Below are positions 24,000 through 37,400 of a stretch of DNA of 64,000 nt, piece by piece. The position numbers and the translations under genes are program-made. The notes beneath the pieces are model-generated. The model had not been told where the DNA came from. It did not search any database and worked only from the letters and a program-made list of their open reading frames with translations. The stretch is taken from the NCBI GenBank assembly GCA_040954595.2, contig CM082585.2, positions 5,853,808-5,917,807 of the forward strand. The letters are read 5' to 3'. Origin of the DNA: Balanoglossus misakiensis. Taxonomy: Eukaryota; Animalia; Hemichordata. The stretch's first letter is position 1. Each line of letters starts with the position of its first letter.

Positions 24000-26998
24000 T
24001 TACAAGAAATTACACCGCTTTCGTCGCTTTCTCCTCGGAACCGGCATCAAAACAACACGAGCTGCTTCTTCAAATATCTGCCAAAAAAAGGTAGAGAGAA
24101 ATACCGTAAGAATTGAAGCTTTGCTGTTTCTCATGAATATTAATGTGTGTGATTTGCATACTGACAAGAAATTCTGTGGCATGTACTTTATATGCCATTT
24201 GACAGACACACTGGGGCAACTTTTACCCCTCTCCCCACAATGGTTTGGTCCAAATCCATTGTCTTCTATGGTTACGTTAGACCTCTAAGGAGGGAAGCAG
24301 GTTAAAGGGACAAAGTCTCTCTCTTGCTGCCCCTTTTCCATTGATTATATTTGATATTTATGTTATTGTATATGTGGATATATAGTGAATCAACGTTCGA
24401 CAACACACAACTTCCATCCCACTTGTAGACACGAGAGTGAAAAAATCGCCAAAATGAATAATCGGTGTTTACCATTTACTCATTCTGGCGAGATTTTTAC
24501 TTCTACTTCCTACAAACGGGATGGAAGTTGTGTGTGGTCGAACGTTGATTCAATATATATCCACATGTAGAATAATATAAATGGTGTTATGTATGAAACA
24601 TAATCAACGAAAAAAAACGGCAGCGAGAGAGACTTTGTCCCTTTAAGGATGTACGCGCAGAACATAAACCGGAAACAGTGCACGCCCGGTCTTTTTCCCC
24701 ATAGGATTACATTGAAAATTGCTAGAAAACAAATTTCTACTATTGTCATTTTCACAAAATTTTACACATAGCTCAGTCCAGCAAATATAAATTCATTGGT
24801 CAAATAAAATATAGGGGTCACGGCGCTCTATTTTGAGATAAATTGCGTCAAAAATTTTGCCCATAGACAAACCATTGGTGAAAAATGCTGAGTCAGCAGT
24901 TTTCTTCTATTATCGACTAAATTCAAGGCTCTGTATTTCAAAAACAAGCGCGGTGACCCCTATATTTTATTACGGATTTTCATTATACATACAAAGGAGA
25001 ATAAAAAAATCCACAATTAAAAAAAATGACAATACTTTCAATTTTACTGAACGTACATCCTTAATATGTATGAGAAATATCACCTCCATACAATGCTCAC
25101 CTGTTTCAATCCTTTTTGAGTCAGTGCCGAACATTCCATATACTTCACTGCATTGACTTTAGAAGCCATCTTCTCGCCAGCTTCTTTCTTCAGAGGCGAT
25201 TTCCCCTGTTCCGCTAATTTACGAATCACTTCTTTGTCTTCGCGCAAATCAATCTTAGTTCCTAGATAACAAGTAGCGGATTCATTATTACAAAAATCAT
25301 CAACAAAATTTTTTTTTCCAAGGGGGTAAAATACTGCAATAAAGTGTAATGCTGCCACTTTTGAACAACACAGTTTTTGAACAACCCTGTCATATCTATA
25401 CAAACAAACCTGCATGATCAACATTTCGAACACCCTTGGCTTTGAACTTTCACTATTTTACAATGCCAAAATATCTGCCCTCAAACACAAATGTGACTTG
25501 ATTGTGTATCAGGGCATTCAGGATTTAGCATCACCCTGAAGACAGTGGTTCACAATCTGATTCATTGACATCAAAACTTCCTATTGACTACCCAGGGCCA
25601 TCTCCTAGGGAAGATGGTAAACGTGGTATAAACTCACCAACTAAGATATACGGTACATCGGGGGAATGATGCGTGAGTTCAGGGTACCATTTTGCCGTAA
25701 TATTTTCGTATGAAGTCTGACTAACGACACTAAAGCAAATTAAAAACACATCAGTCTGAAATGAGAAAATGTAAAAGGGTTATTTCAGTACAGCGGTGTA
25801 GATACAATGATGTCATCCTAGACTGGACACTGTGCATGTAATATTTGGTCCCGGAACAGATGGAACTTTCCAAATGACATCATAGGTCACCAGGGGTCAG
25901 GATGAAAACGTTAAAGTAAATTGATGAACTCGTCGCTAGGGGGCGCCCTCGACAAAGAACACCATGACCCACATCCTGCCTGACCATTGGTCCCAAAAAC
26001 ATGGCTGTCTCATCTTTAGAATGAATGGTTTTGTTGTTCCTATCTACGTAAGGCTTAATAAGTCATTTCTGCTGACTAGACACCATGCTATCTTACCTGT
26101 GGATACGACAAAGGTCGTAGTCTGTCGTAGTCTTCTTGACCCGCGGTATCCCATAATCCTAAGCTGACTGGAATTCCATCTACTACCATGCCAGCATTAT
26201 AGTTATCAAAGCTAAAAAAAACATAAATATTGAAGAAAAGTCTGATGAAAAATCGTGAAAGAAAACAAGTGTATACCATTCATACCAAACACAGAAACGG
26301 AAAACAAAACACTTGATTTTTTTGTAATCTCCTGTTTTAAGTAAGACTGGTATCATATTCGTTCTAACGATAATACTAAAATGAGCCATTATATATTAAA
26401 TTCAATTCCTGTTTCTAAGGACATAAACCCCACTAAAGGTCAGATAGTCAGTCTTTTAAATGTATGGTTTGTGGTGTTTCCATATTGCCACTGGTAAGAT
26501 ACATAATTTGGTAGTACAGCCACATGTAACATGTGTTGCAACCTCATGTCAATTTCTTTGTCAATTCCAAAACAGCTTGAAGTTTCTTTATGTCAGGGTG
26601 TTAAAATAAACGCATGTTGTGATATTGTGACATTTACATAACCATACTAAACTGTCCAACTGAATTCTTTTTATCTGATCTAAATTATATTCATAGGTTA
26701 ATTCCGATTTCTATAAAGTACATTACTATAAATCATGATTTATTTTAAGATTCATATTGCAATTGCTGACCTGCCCCCAGGTTGCCACTGTCAACAACGT
26801 GCCCAATCCATAATTAATTTAAGGTAACATTACCTAATTTTTAGATAATATTAGCTAACCCCAGAGTAATTTTGCTACTTACACAGTTGGTATGTACTCG
26901 CCGGGAAATGCATTACTGGTGTAGGATATCAACATGCATGTTTTACCAACCGCTCCATCCCCTACAACAACACATTTTATAGGTCTTGCTCCGGACAT
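24000..26998 (-). CDS. Rho-family small GTPase, Rac/MIG-2-like (Mtl-like)
   Basis: Exons (minus) 26998-26883, 26211-26097, 25755-25638, 25261-25101, 24077-24000: [43 protein letters not shown]...[24 protein letters not shown]...GTKIDLR...ECSALTQ...polybasic RRKRRKR plus CAAX CNFL. The RPIKC/KTCML signature resembles Drosophila Mtl and C. elegans MIG-2. Confidence 0.95.
24222..24305. mobile_element. Degenerate copy of an about 90-bp TTAA/CCCTTT-ended MITE-like repeat (reverse orientation)
   Basis: CCACAATGGTTTGGTCCAAATCCATTGTCTTCTATGG is the reverse complement of the core at 34602-34696, 46973-47065 and 51042-51128. Confidence 0.65.
24306..24642. mobile_element. Non-autonomous DNA transposon with TTAA TSD (Kolobok-like)
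   Basis: TIRs AGGGACAAAGTCTCTCTCTTGCTGCC ... GGCAGCGAGAGAGACTTTGTCCCT, flanked by TTAA on both sides. The superfamily call is inferred from TTAA TSD plus purine termini. Confidence 0.85.
24647..25060. mobile_element. Second non-autonomous element with TTAA TSD (Kolobok-like)
   Basis: TTAA-GGATGTACG ... CGTACATCC-TTAA, with an internal inverted repeat AAAATATAGGGGTCAC (about 24806) / GTGACCCCTATATTTT (about 24953). Confidence 0.8.
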
Positions 26999-29054
26999 CG
27001 TTGTTGATGCCTGAAAAAAATTGTACATGTAAATACGTGACGTTAGACACAAGACGTCCGACTAGTCCTGTTCTACTAAAAAGAACCACAGCAACGATGA
27101 TCTGAGACGCCGTAGCCAGTAGTGGTGAAAGTAAACAATTTGGCTGAGGTGATAGAGATCAAGTCGTTCTCTGTTTTAAATTCAATTGTTCAGAGATCGC
27201 ATCCTGTGACGGCTGGCCGGCCATGGCTCGGCCTTGTAACTAGTATTGTAATCACTGAATGAGTCAGTCTATATATTTCGAATGACTCGCTGAATTGTGA
27301 GAATTCTCGGGATGATCATCATGTCGTTCTGGTTTTCTCCAGATCTTAACTCAGCCCCGATTTCATCGCCTACACTGCCGAGAAAACAACGCCGTCGAAC
27401 TGACAAAAACAAAGGGTCACTAAATATCGTCTTAAAACCAGTAATTAGATATTCTGTCGCATTACAAACACACACAAGTGTCACATTCGGAATGTTGTCG
27501 ATCGCACGGATCGCGCGAGTTGATTCTATCGTAATGACGGTTCTCGTGTGCTTCGATTGATTGTGAAACCTTTGAACTCGCGCGAAACCCACAATTAAAC
27601 AAACGTACCTTAGCACTTCTGCCGAAATGTCCAGAAGCCGAATCGGCGTACTAATCGCTGACCAGGAAGTAGTATTATAAATGTCTGTCACAAGCATTTA
27701 TAAATAGCAACCAATCAGGGCAAGGCTTCGGAAGTACCGATGAGGGCGCCATCTCATCGACTCAAGGCTATGCAGGGACATACAGTAATTCCAAGACGTA
27801 CAACTTCTCCTGGTATTTAAAAACAAATCATGTTGAAGCATAGACACTGTCTATGGTTGGAATATAATTCTAAGATCGGTAACTTCTTCACACACTCCTC
27901 TTCAAGACGCGTGTGGTTAGGGCTAAAGTTGAATGAGTCTGATATTTATCGTTCCAAGTTTTTGTAAAAGTGTCATCCCTAAAACATGGTGCGAATCTCA
28001 GCATCAATTCATAGGTTAGACTGGGCTTAAGAGAAAATGATTTCCTTGCGTAATTTATGTTGATTAATCTTCTTAATTAGCCTAAGTTAATTACATGTAT
28101 TCAAATAATTCAATTAAGGAAACTATCTGTTCACTTTTGAAGAGACTGTTTTGTTCACTGGGGTCTAAAATGAGTAATGTAAAGTTGTATGTCTATTTGA
28201 CATGTCGTTTGCATAGTTTGATACCTGGTGCATCATGCAACCGATTGAAATTCTTTTTCGGCCTCTGTTTTCTATTGTCAGCCCTACTTTTGCAGAAGAT
28301 TGTTCCCCTCCACATCGTCTGTCAACCCCCCCCCCCCGAATCTTCCATACCCCCCAGAAATCAAATGGTTCCTCCCTCGCCTCCTGAACGGTGCGCGTGC
28401 GCTTGACAGTCGAGTACGCGTTGACTTTGACTGAGATGCTAAATCTTTCCGTAGAAATCGCCACCATATGTTTGCTTGGCGACTTCGTCAGAAGCCACAA
28501 GTTCAAGTACCTCAACCCAACTTGTGCATACATTCATCGATGCACAGCCTCCCCGCAAAAGCGAGTCTAAAACCAGCAGGACTTGAAATCTACATGTAAC
28601 ACTGTAAACAAACAAGCTCTCTTCCGGTTTCAAGGCAATGTGGGATATGCCGATTTGCTGGTTGGAGAGTACGTGACGGAAGGGGATATTTAGCCGAGAA
28701 CTGGGAAAACCGAGACGGGAAAAACACTGCCTTCATCCGGCTGCACCAAAATGCTTGCACTAAAACCGGGCAACGAACATCTACCACAGTTCCATTACAA
28801 CCAGATGTGCAGACAGCAGGTTTGACAGGAAGTCGTTTTTGTGTGTGTCATCAACAGGGCTGTCGATTTCAAGTTTTTGTGTAGACATTTGCCCCGTCGC
28901 CTCAGAACGGATCACTTTCTAAATGGTCTGGATTTAATATCTTGAACCAGCTGTACGTGAATCGTGTTATGAACGGTGCGTCAACGGAGCAGTAAGTGTT
29001 GATGGGTCGATCGATGACCACTCCATAAAACCTCAGGTCACACGTATCGCCACG

Positions 29055-30887
29055 ATGGAGAAAAGATACTTGAAAATATTTGCCATCTTGACACTCTTTT
29101 CAGTCGTGTTGACTCTGTTGTATTACGGCTTATGTTGGAGTTCCTTTCACAAATCAACCACACCTTCTCCAGGTATAGACGGCGTACTTCTCGACACCGA
29201 ATTCAGAATTAAGAAAGCCAAGGGGAAGAAATTCAACGAAAATACCTTGGACCGTGATTTGGAATTCAACATTACCGGAAATGATGTGCTGGTGTTCCTA
29301 CACATGCAAAAGACGGGAGGGACTACGTTTGGCAGACATCTAGTTAAAAACATAGACCTGGACAAACCCTGTAAATGCTACAGGGGCCAGAAAAAATGCG
29401 ACTGTTTTCGGCCAAACAGTGACAGAGAACTGTGGTTATTCAGTCGTTTTTCTACTGGGTGGTCCTGTGGCTTGCATGCTGATTGGACAGAATTAACAAA
29501 CTGTGTTGATGATGTCATGGATAAAAAGGAAAGGCAAGAGAAGAAAAGACGGTAAGTCGAATTCCTGTGTCCGCCCCTTCCATGCCCAAGTCAAAATTTC
29601 TGCGGACGTTCACTTTAACGGTCAAGGACATTTATAGAAATTCTAGACTTGGGCAAACCACAGTCTGTTTCCTTATCTCTATACTCACTCACTGGGAACC
29701 AACACTCCATAGCATGGGGCCAGTACTAAGTACAGAACCTGGCTAAGTTCCAGTGGGTCAGTTCTGAGCTAACCCATGGCCAATTCAGGTTAGCAAATTT
29801 AGCACCGCATTGTCACATTCAATTATAACTATACAAACAATAAATGCTGCCATAGCAGGACACTGGTTATTCTCATCAAACATTAGAATTTATGATAATT
29901 TAACATTGGTTATTTCACAGTGTCATTTATTGGGTAGAACAGAGGTGTTTGATACAAAACTCAGGAAATAATTATCACATTTTCCAATTGTCTATGTGCA
30001 ATTTACTATATTGGCACATGGGCCATACTGTAAACACTTTATTTTCGCGAGTTGAAATTTTCGCGATATCGAGAGAGGCCACTGTTTTGCGAGTATTAAT
30101 TTTCGCGTTCTCTTATTTCATTCACTGCATCGTTATCTTCAAAAAAAATTTACGCGACTTTTTATTTTCACGCTATTTTGGCTCTCACGTATTTGGCGAA
30201 AATTTATTGCTCGCGCAAATAAAGTGTTTTACAGTATTCTTCCATACTAATTTGTGTTTATGAATTTTCCATCCCAGCAGCTATTATTTCATCACGGTGA
30301 TCCGGGAACCGATCGCTCGTTACCTGAGTGAATGGCAGCACGTGCAACGGGGAGCGACGTGGAAAGACGCGGTGCACATGTGCGACGGCCGGCCGCCGAC
30401 CTCCGAGGAGCTGCCCGTCTGCTACGAGGGGGAGGACTGGCGGGGGGTCTCGCTGGCGGAGTTCATGGACTGCCCCTACAACCTGGCCAACAACCGGCAG
30501 ACGCGCATGCTGGCCGACCTGGCGCTGGTCGGCTGCTACAACCACTCGGCGATGTCCGAGGCGGAGCGCGACGACAAGATGCTGGGCAGCGCCAAGACGA
30601 ACCTGCGGCGCATGGCGTTCTTCGGCATGACCGAGTTCCAGAAGCGCACGCAGTACATGTTCGAGAAGACGTTCAAGTTGAAGTTCGAGGAGCCCTTCGA
30701 GCAGCACGACGAGACCAAAGGGAGCTCGACGACGGTCACCGACGAACAGAAAGAAAGAATCCGACAGCTGAACTCTCTGGACACTGAACTGTACGCTTAC
30801 GCTAAAAACTTGTTTATGCAGAGATACAAGTTCATGGTACAGGGTAATGTTACGATGGAATTCATGAAGGAAATAGAACAGTGGTAA
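29055..30887 (+). CDS. HS6ST: Heparan sulfate 6-O-sulfotransferase
   Basis: Two exons, 29055-29551 and 30278/30281-30887. N-terminal TM, DVLVFLHMQKTGGTTFGRHLV, WLFSRFSTGWSCGLHADWTEL, YLSEWQHVQRGATWK, CPYNLANNRQTRMLADL are HS6ST hallmarks, and the two-exon structure is typical. Confidence 0.97.
30028..30234. mobile_element. MITE with TA TSD (Tc1/mariner-like) in the HS6ST intron
   Basis: TA-CTGTAAACACTTTATTTTCGCGAG ... CTCGCGCAAATAAAGTGTTTTACAG-TA. A second copy is at 59896-60104. Confidence 0.88.
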
Positions 30888-33359
30888 CATGTATGCCTAG
30901 TGAAATTTGTAATAACCCAACTCAGTGTTCTCCCCAAAACAATGAAAGAATATCAGCCTTTAGAACAATAGAAACTCATTATCATAACAATTAATTGTAT
31001 TGTTATGCAAATTAGCTGATATTCCTGGGGTGTACACTTCAACTATATTCAAAATACAGTTAGTATTATTGATAATTTTTGGCATTTGAGTTTCGCATTT
31101 GTGTTGTCAGATTTAGTGTCTTTGTGTTTGACAGTTGCCAGCGCTTCCAAGCATTAATTGCTATACTTTTGATATACAGCTGTTATAATGGAGTATTTTC
31201 TTATGCAAAACATGATTGAAATTCAAATTGATAGCAGAGATGTATGCTTTGCACATGCACATGTCAGTATTAATTATATATCATATGTAATGTCAATCAT
31301 GAATTTTAAAATTGATTTCAGTCAACAATTATGGTTGCCGCTAGTTTTCATTCGTTGACAATCATTTTTGTGTGCTGTACGTTTTCCAAACTATCCCTGC
31401 TGTGCTGTATTTACCAGTATTTGTTTTACTTGCCAGTATAAATTTAATGTTGCTGGTAACAGCATCTGCCCAATGAACTTTGGTCTTGGGATAGTCACCC
31501 CCTGGACATTACCACCCAGGGGGTGACTGACCTAGAACCAGTACTTTCTCCACCAGTCAATATAACCTTAGTACCAGTTTTGTCCAGCAGTTCTCAATGA
31601 AACAGTATTGTACTTTTTCTAACACTTTGAAATAGTGCTTTTAATAAAAAAATAAAATTCTTCTGTACGTGTTTAATCCACAATTAAATAAGGCTGCTGA
31701 TATTTCATGTCGCCTTGGTAACAGATGTGATCTGCAAGCCAAAACTATGTTATTTTTGTACACGTCTTTACATCAACAACTTAGACAACAAAGACACAAT
31801 CAATATCAAAGTAGTTGTCATATTGTTAAAATCATTTCACCTAGCCTAATTCCAGATTCTAGACTAATGTTAACTATACAAGAACTCTGTTGTTCCTTTC
31901 CATGTCTTGATGTGAATTATTTTTCGTATTCCATTTATATTTGCCAGCAAAAGATTTGAACTCTTCGCTTAGTATTTTTTATTTGTACAAATAATGCTTA
32001 AAATATAACGCTTAAAATAAACATATCTATTATCAAAGCTTCGTCTGTTGTACTTATATACGACTGGCTTGCATGTTTATGAAAACTGCAAAGTCATATC
32101 CCAACCAGCCATATTCTTAATGGTGACATTTCCGAAGATTAGCTTACATCCAAATTTGCGGAAATTATCTCTGGACAATTGGTTTCCTAATCAAAACTAA
32201 TACGATTTTACTAAATACATCATAATGAGATCAATCATCATCAACAGGTAATTATATTCAAATCATGAAACAGAGGAATCCAGAAGGCCTATATTCCTGA
32301 AATGTAATTGACTTTACTGCATACTATATATTTTAGACCATGTGCAATGACTGTAAAACCTGCTTAGTAACATTGGACCTCTGAAGAGGGAACTGGGGGT
32401 GAAACGGTTAAAACATTATGAGTGAACACAAGAAACTACTTATAAAAATGCATCATGATTCATTTATTGTTTAAAAATGACGGTATACAATTTCAAGTAT
32501 ACAAATAAAAAGGGCATTTTCTTTTGAGTCGTTGAACAGCCTGTGAGGGTTAAAAATCAACTACAAAAAGCACATAATGTAAATTCTACCCAGCAAATTC
32601 ATGAATTCGCACTACATGATTTATGCGCTATGATATAAACTTTGTGGTTTCCATGGCAACAACTAAAATGTCATACAACTGTTTACTTTCACGTAAGTCT
32701 GTCTATGGAAAAACAAAATACCTGTTTATAGAAAAAACAAACGCACCGGTTTACCGTATAAAACAATTGTGTATGAAGTCAACATCTACCGGGGTACTTA
32801 CATTTTGTATTTGGATCTGTCTGTTTACATAAAACAAGATATCAACATAGTCGCATGATCTCATGGACAGCTGCATATGAAGAATAGGATACATCTTGTG
32901 ACCCAGTGTCTAGCCGCATCTAACTACATGAATCGTCATTTTGCCGGATCTAGGCCAGTGAAGTTCATTCTTACTAAAGATTTCATCATAAAGTTAAATT
33001 TCACACCGTGTGTCTGACTTGATCGAGTCTTCCCTGCATTATGTAGTAAACGTTACAATTCTGGCTTGTAAGTTCATGAAGTTTGTAAATAAGAATCAAG
33101 TTGTAGACATTGATGACTACAAGAAGTTCACACACAGGATAAGTTGGCTGAACACCTTTGATCGAAAGGGATCCATATAAGACATTAAAATGAATGAATA
33201 CACCAGTTTCAGAGTAAAAAATCTTTCAATATATATTTTCCTGTAAGATTAGTGAAAAATGTGCAATTGTGAAAATGTTGACAATAGCTGGTTACACTTT
33301 GTGTCATCAAAGAGTGCAATTTTTGTAATTTCTAATCCAAGATGGAAATAAACTCATAA

Positions 33360-34162
33360 GGCTGCATTCACAAACACCTCTGGAGGGGGGGACGGGAGAA
33401 TTCAATTTTTTTTACCGCTAATTTTCACATGCCCCCCTTCCGAACTGCCAATATTTTCAAATCCCCCCCCTTCCGAACTGCCAAAATTTTGAAATCCCCC
33501 CCCCCCCATTTTCTTTCACAGAGCAAAACACATCACCTATCTATCTTGTAAAAAGAAAAACAGCGCTCCCATGAAAAGAATTTGAAACTGATGTTTCCCC
33601 TCATCAGTGGGTATTAAAACTGAACATTGTTTTTATTTTTTAAGTACATATATTTGTATTCTGTGTTGGGAGACATTGTAAACCGAGAATTGAAGGGGGT
33701 GGGTTTGGGAGGGGGTGTCCCCCTCCCACCTAAGAAAATTTTATAAAATACAGTGCTCAAAGCTGCATTTTAATGAACCTGGCAAAAGCAAATTAACTCA
33801 ACTACCGGTATGTTGGGGAGGACAAATTTAACCGTCGCCGCTCAAAGTTATCATGGGGTGGGGCAAGTCCCCTGACCTGGGACACTAGATAAACCAGTCA
33901 ATGATTGAAAGGTGTTGATGAATGGAGGGGGTGGGTGTGGGAGGGGGTGTCCCCCTCCCACATTAGAAAATTTTGTAAAATAAAGGGCGCGAAACTGCAT
34001 TTTTGTGGACTCAAAATAAATATTTAGTCATTAAAGTTTTCAAGTCCCCCCCTTTCAGTCCCTTAATTATTTCAAATCCCCCCCTTACATACCCTCAATT
34101 TTTTCAAATCCCCCCCCTCAATTCTCCTGCCCCCCCCTCCAGAGGTGTTTGTGAATGCAGCC
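33360..34162. mobile_element. Non-autonomous PIF/Harbinger-like element
   Basis: Perfect TIRs of about 30 bp, GGCTGCATTCACAAACACCTCTGGAGGGGGGG / CCCCCCCTCCAGAGGTGTTTGTGAATGCAGCC, 3-bp TAA TSD on both sides, subterminal AAATCCCCCCC repeats and an internal direct repeat (about 33695 and 33926). Confidence 0.9.
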
Positions 34163-34423
34163 TAAATAGCTGCGCTATGAAGGAATGAAATTCTGTGGGC
34201 AAGATAGTTATTTAAAAGTGCATTTAAAACAGCGTATTTTACGTTATGTACAAGTGAATTTTGTGAAAAATCTACCGATTCTACATGGCTTAAGGTAGAA
34301 TGACTACTCCAAAGTTAGAATATTGTCATATACTGAATCTGCCATGCACTGAGATAATGTTTGCAGGGTGAGGTCAAAGGTGAAAGGTCAAATATCTGTA
34401 CTGTGGAAGCTCGATGTTTAAAT

Positions 34424-37400
34424 TCACAAAACAATGCACTTCTTTCCTCCCGGTTTCTTGATTTTACGTTTCGGCGACACTACCGCTCTGGAGGCCTCTT
34501 CAAAAACCTGAAAAAAAGTTGGTAGTCAAAAAATGACCGAAAAAATTTGCTTCCATCAATTGATGGTAATGTGTTGTGGCATGATCTGAAGCATTATGAA
34601 TTTAACCCTTTCACCCCCAGTTGCCAATTTATAGGTCCAACCTTACCATAGAAAAACAATGGGTTTGGACCGAACCATTGTGGTGAAAGGGGTTGATATC
34701 TCACCTCTTTGACGCCTTTCTGTGTCAACGCAGAGCACTCCATGTATCGCACTGCATTGATTCTCCCGGCTAGTTTCTCCCCAGCCTCTTTCTTGATTGG
34801 GGATTTTCCTTTCTCTTTCAACTTTGCGATAACCTCTTGGTTTTCCCGTAAATCGATTTTCGTCCCTGTACATATCAAAGCAGAAAATCACTTCACAGAT
34901 TATTTCGTACAAGGCCGTAGAATGAATTTTTCGAGATGAGGTCAACCTTGGGTGATAAATTTGCATATAATTTATGAAGACGCTTCCGTAGTTGTCAATG
35001 CAGTGCAGTATACATGTATACTACACTGTGCTGTCAACTGTGCCTGTGGACAAACTCTGCCAGAACAGTGTGGGTATTGGTGACAGTAAAAATAGATACG
35101 TTTAGATTTCTTTGGTAAGATTGAGGGCGCTAACACAGGGGTAGGAATTGCTTCTGACGGCAGAGATAAGCAAATTTAAAAGAATCAGCTATCCAGAAGT
35201 GGCAAATGTAAAGTTTCAATTAAAGCTCCAGAAACTCAAACTTCGGGCTGTTTTCTCGGTATTTTTGTTTGGGGATCAACTGTGGTTTCTTGTTCTTTAA
35301 TTAATACTAAAAGATCAACTCAATCGTTACATTTGTCTGTGAATGTGGAATAGTGGAAAATCATGGCAATATGGTGGACGTGCCTTGTGTGTGTGTCTGT
35401 CTGTCTGTGTGTCACCATATTATCTAAAGCTTTGTAGAAAACCAGGTAGGTTGAATGCAGTACTTACCAACAAGTATTTTTGGAGCGTTTGGTACATGAT
35501 GGTTGATTTCTGGGTCCCATTTCGAAAGCATATTGTCATACGAGACCTCACTAACTACACTGAAACACATGATGAAGACATCGGTCTGCAGGAAAACAAC
35601 GATCAAGATTTAATTAATACTAACTAGGGACAAAATAAAATTAGCCTGACAGTCAAATTCACAAAACAATGATACAAAAAGACTTTAGCAGAACAACATA
35701 AATGACCTATCAAAAGAAACTAAAATAACAAAAATAATGTCAAAAATGACGGGAAGGACTAAATTATTTTTAGGCAATCATCTTACCTGTGGATACGACA
35801 AAGGCCGAAGTCTGTCGTAGTCTTCTTGACCAGCAGTATCCCATAACCCTAGGTTTATCATCTGACTGTCAACGACTAAATTTGCACTAAAATTATCAAA
35901 ACTGCAAAAATAAAATAAACAGAAAATTTTATTTAATCAAGTAGTCAGCAGTTTCATTATTGTGTAATCAATCCAAATTTGTCTCAATTTGATACATTCA
36001 TGAATGGGTGTGACTTGCAACAGAGGCGAATATTAACGAGTATGAATATGAATGAGCAGGAATATTAATGAGTAACTGGGCAGAACCCTGACTAGATGAG
36101 AATAAAATCCTTTTCAGAATGAGTACATTCTGAAGTTTGTTATGGAAAGGGAAGTAAATTTAGAATGATCTGAAAGTATGGATATTAGAATTACACAACA
36201 TTACAAATCACACAATACGTCGTTTCCTCCATCATAGAAAACCATGGTATAAAGCAACCGGTCGTTTTCAAATAACTGGCGAGTGTTTGGTGGGGTCATC
36301 GTAGGGGACAGGGAGACAGAGGGGGTCATTTTGAAATGGGAACTGGTATTAAACTTGTTGTGGACAGGAATGAAGCTGGTAGCAGCTATTAGAAAACAAA
36401 TTCACTGTGCATTCTCCAATGAATGTTACAATTCATGAATCTGTATACTATTACTGTAATAGTCATGACAACTACAGCCCTCTGTTTTATACAGGTAATA
36501 TGACAGATTTTCAACTGTCATGGGTGACTGCTTGTGCCAGACGTCCGCCATATTGCCTATGAGACAAATGAGCGATTATTTGGCATCACAAATTAAAAAT
36601 GAATTTTGCAGCTGACTTGGAGACCAGCTCAAAGTTCGATTGGCATCAAAACACTCCCGGCAGTGCGGAGAAATGTCAACCCAGTGGTGTAGACATGACA
36701 GATTACAGGTCTGGACCTTTCACAGACAGAATTGTCCATTTTACTGACACGCAAACCAAAAAGTGATTACCAGTACTTCATTGTGGGAATATTCAAAGAG
36801 AAAATGACTTTCTGTGTACATACTTACAACTTCTGGTATTCTGTTTGTCACAAAGACCATGACAAGATGTAATAATGATGTCAGAGTTTAAAAAAATAAA
36901 CAGGGAAATGGGCAGACAGAAGTGTATAAATCAAATAATACAATATAATTTTTGTAAAAGACATTTCCCTTGTCATGGCTTGTCAACATCGCTGACACTT
37001 GCTAAACAACAAAACATGTTTTGATTCAAGAGTATGTTGTCGTGCCCTCAATGACCTGACAGCCTCAGATTTATGACTTTCTTATCAGTAGACTCGAAAG
37101 AATTTGTAGTGTTTTATTTTGCTGCAAGGAGCACGACCTATCATTTCACTTGTATGGTACATGTAGTTTCTTTTACCTTTTGTTTGTTGAAGAATTTAAA
37201 TTAATACATTGTGTTTTAAGAGTGTGACATTACAGGTGTGCGTGTGTGGGGGGAGAATTGTCCAGTATTCAGGTCACTGTGCATTGTCGATTGTGCCAAG
37301 TTTGAAAGAAATCCATTATGGCATACCAGTGCATCTCCAGTAATGGACCCAGATGGCTCCAAACGGCCATCTTGTAAGATAAGCAGAGAGATCACATCAG

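Noticed and set aside
30258-30890. Overlapping ORFs on both strands over HS6ST exon 2
   Set aside because: Stop-codon depletion caused by extreme GC3; only the HS6ST frame has family motifs.
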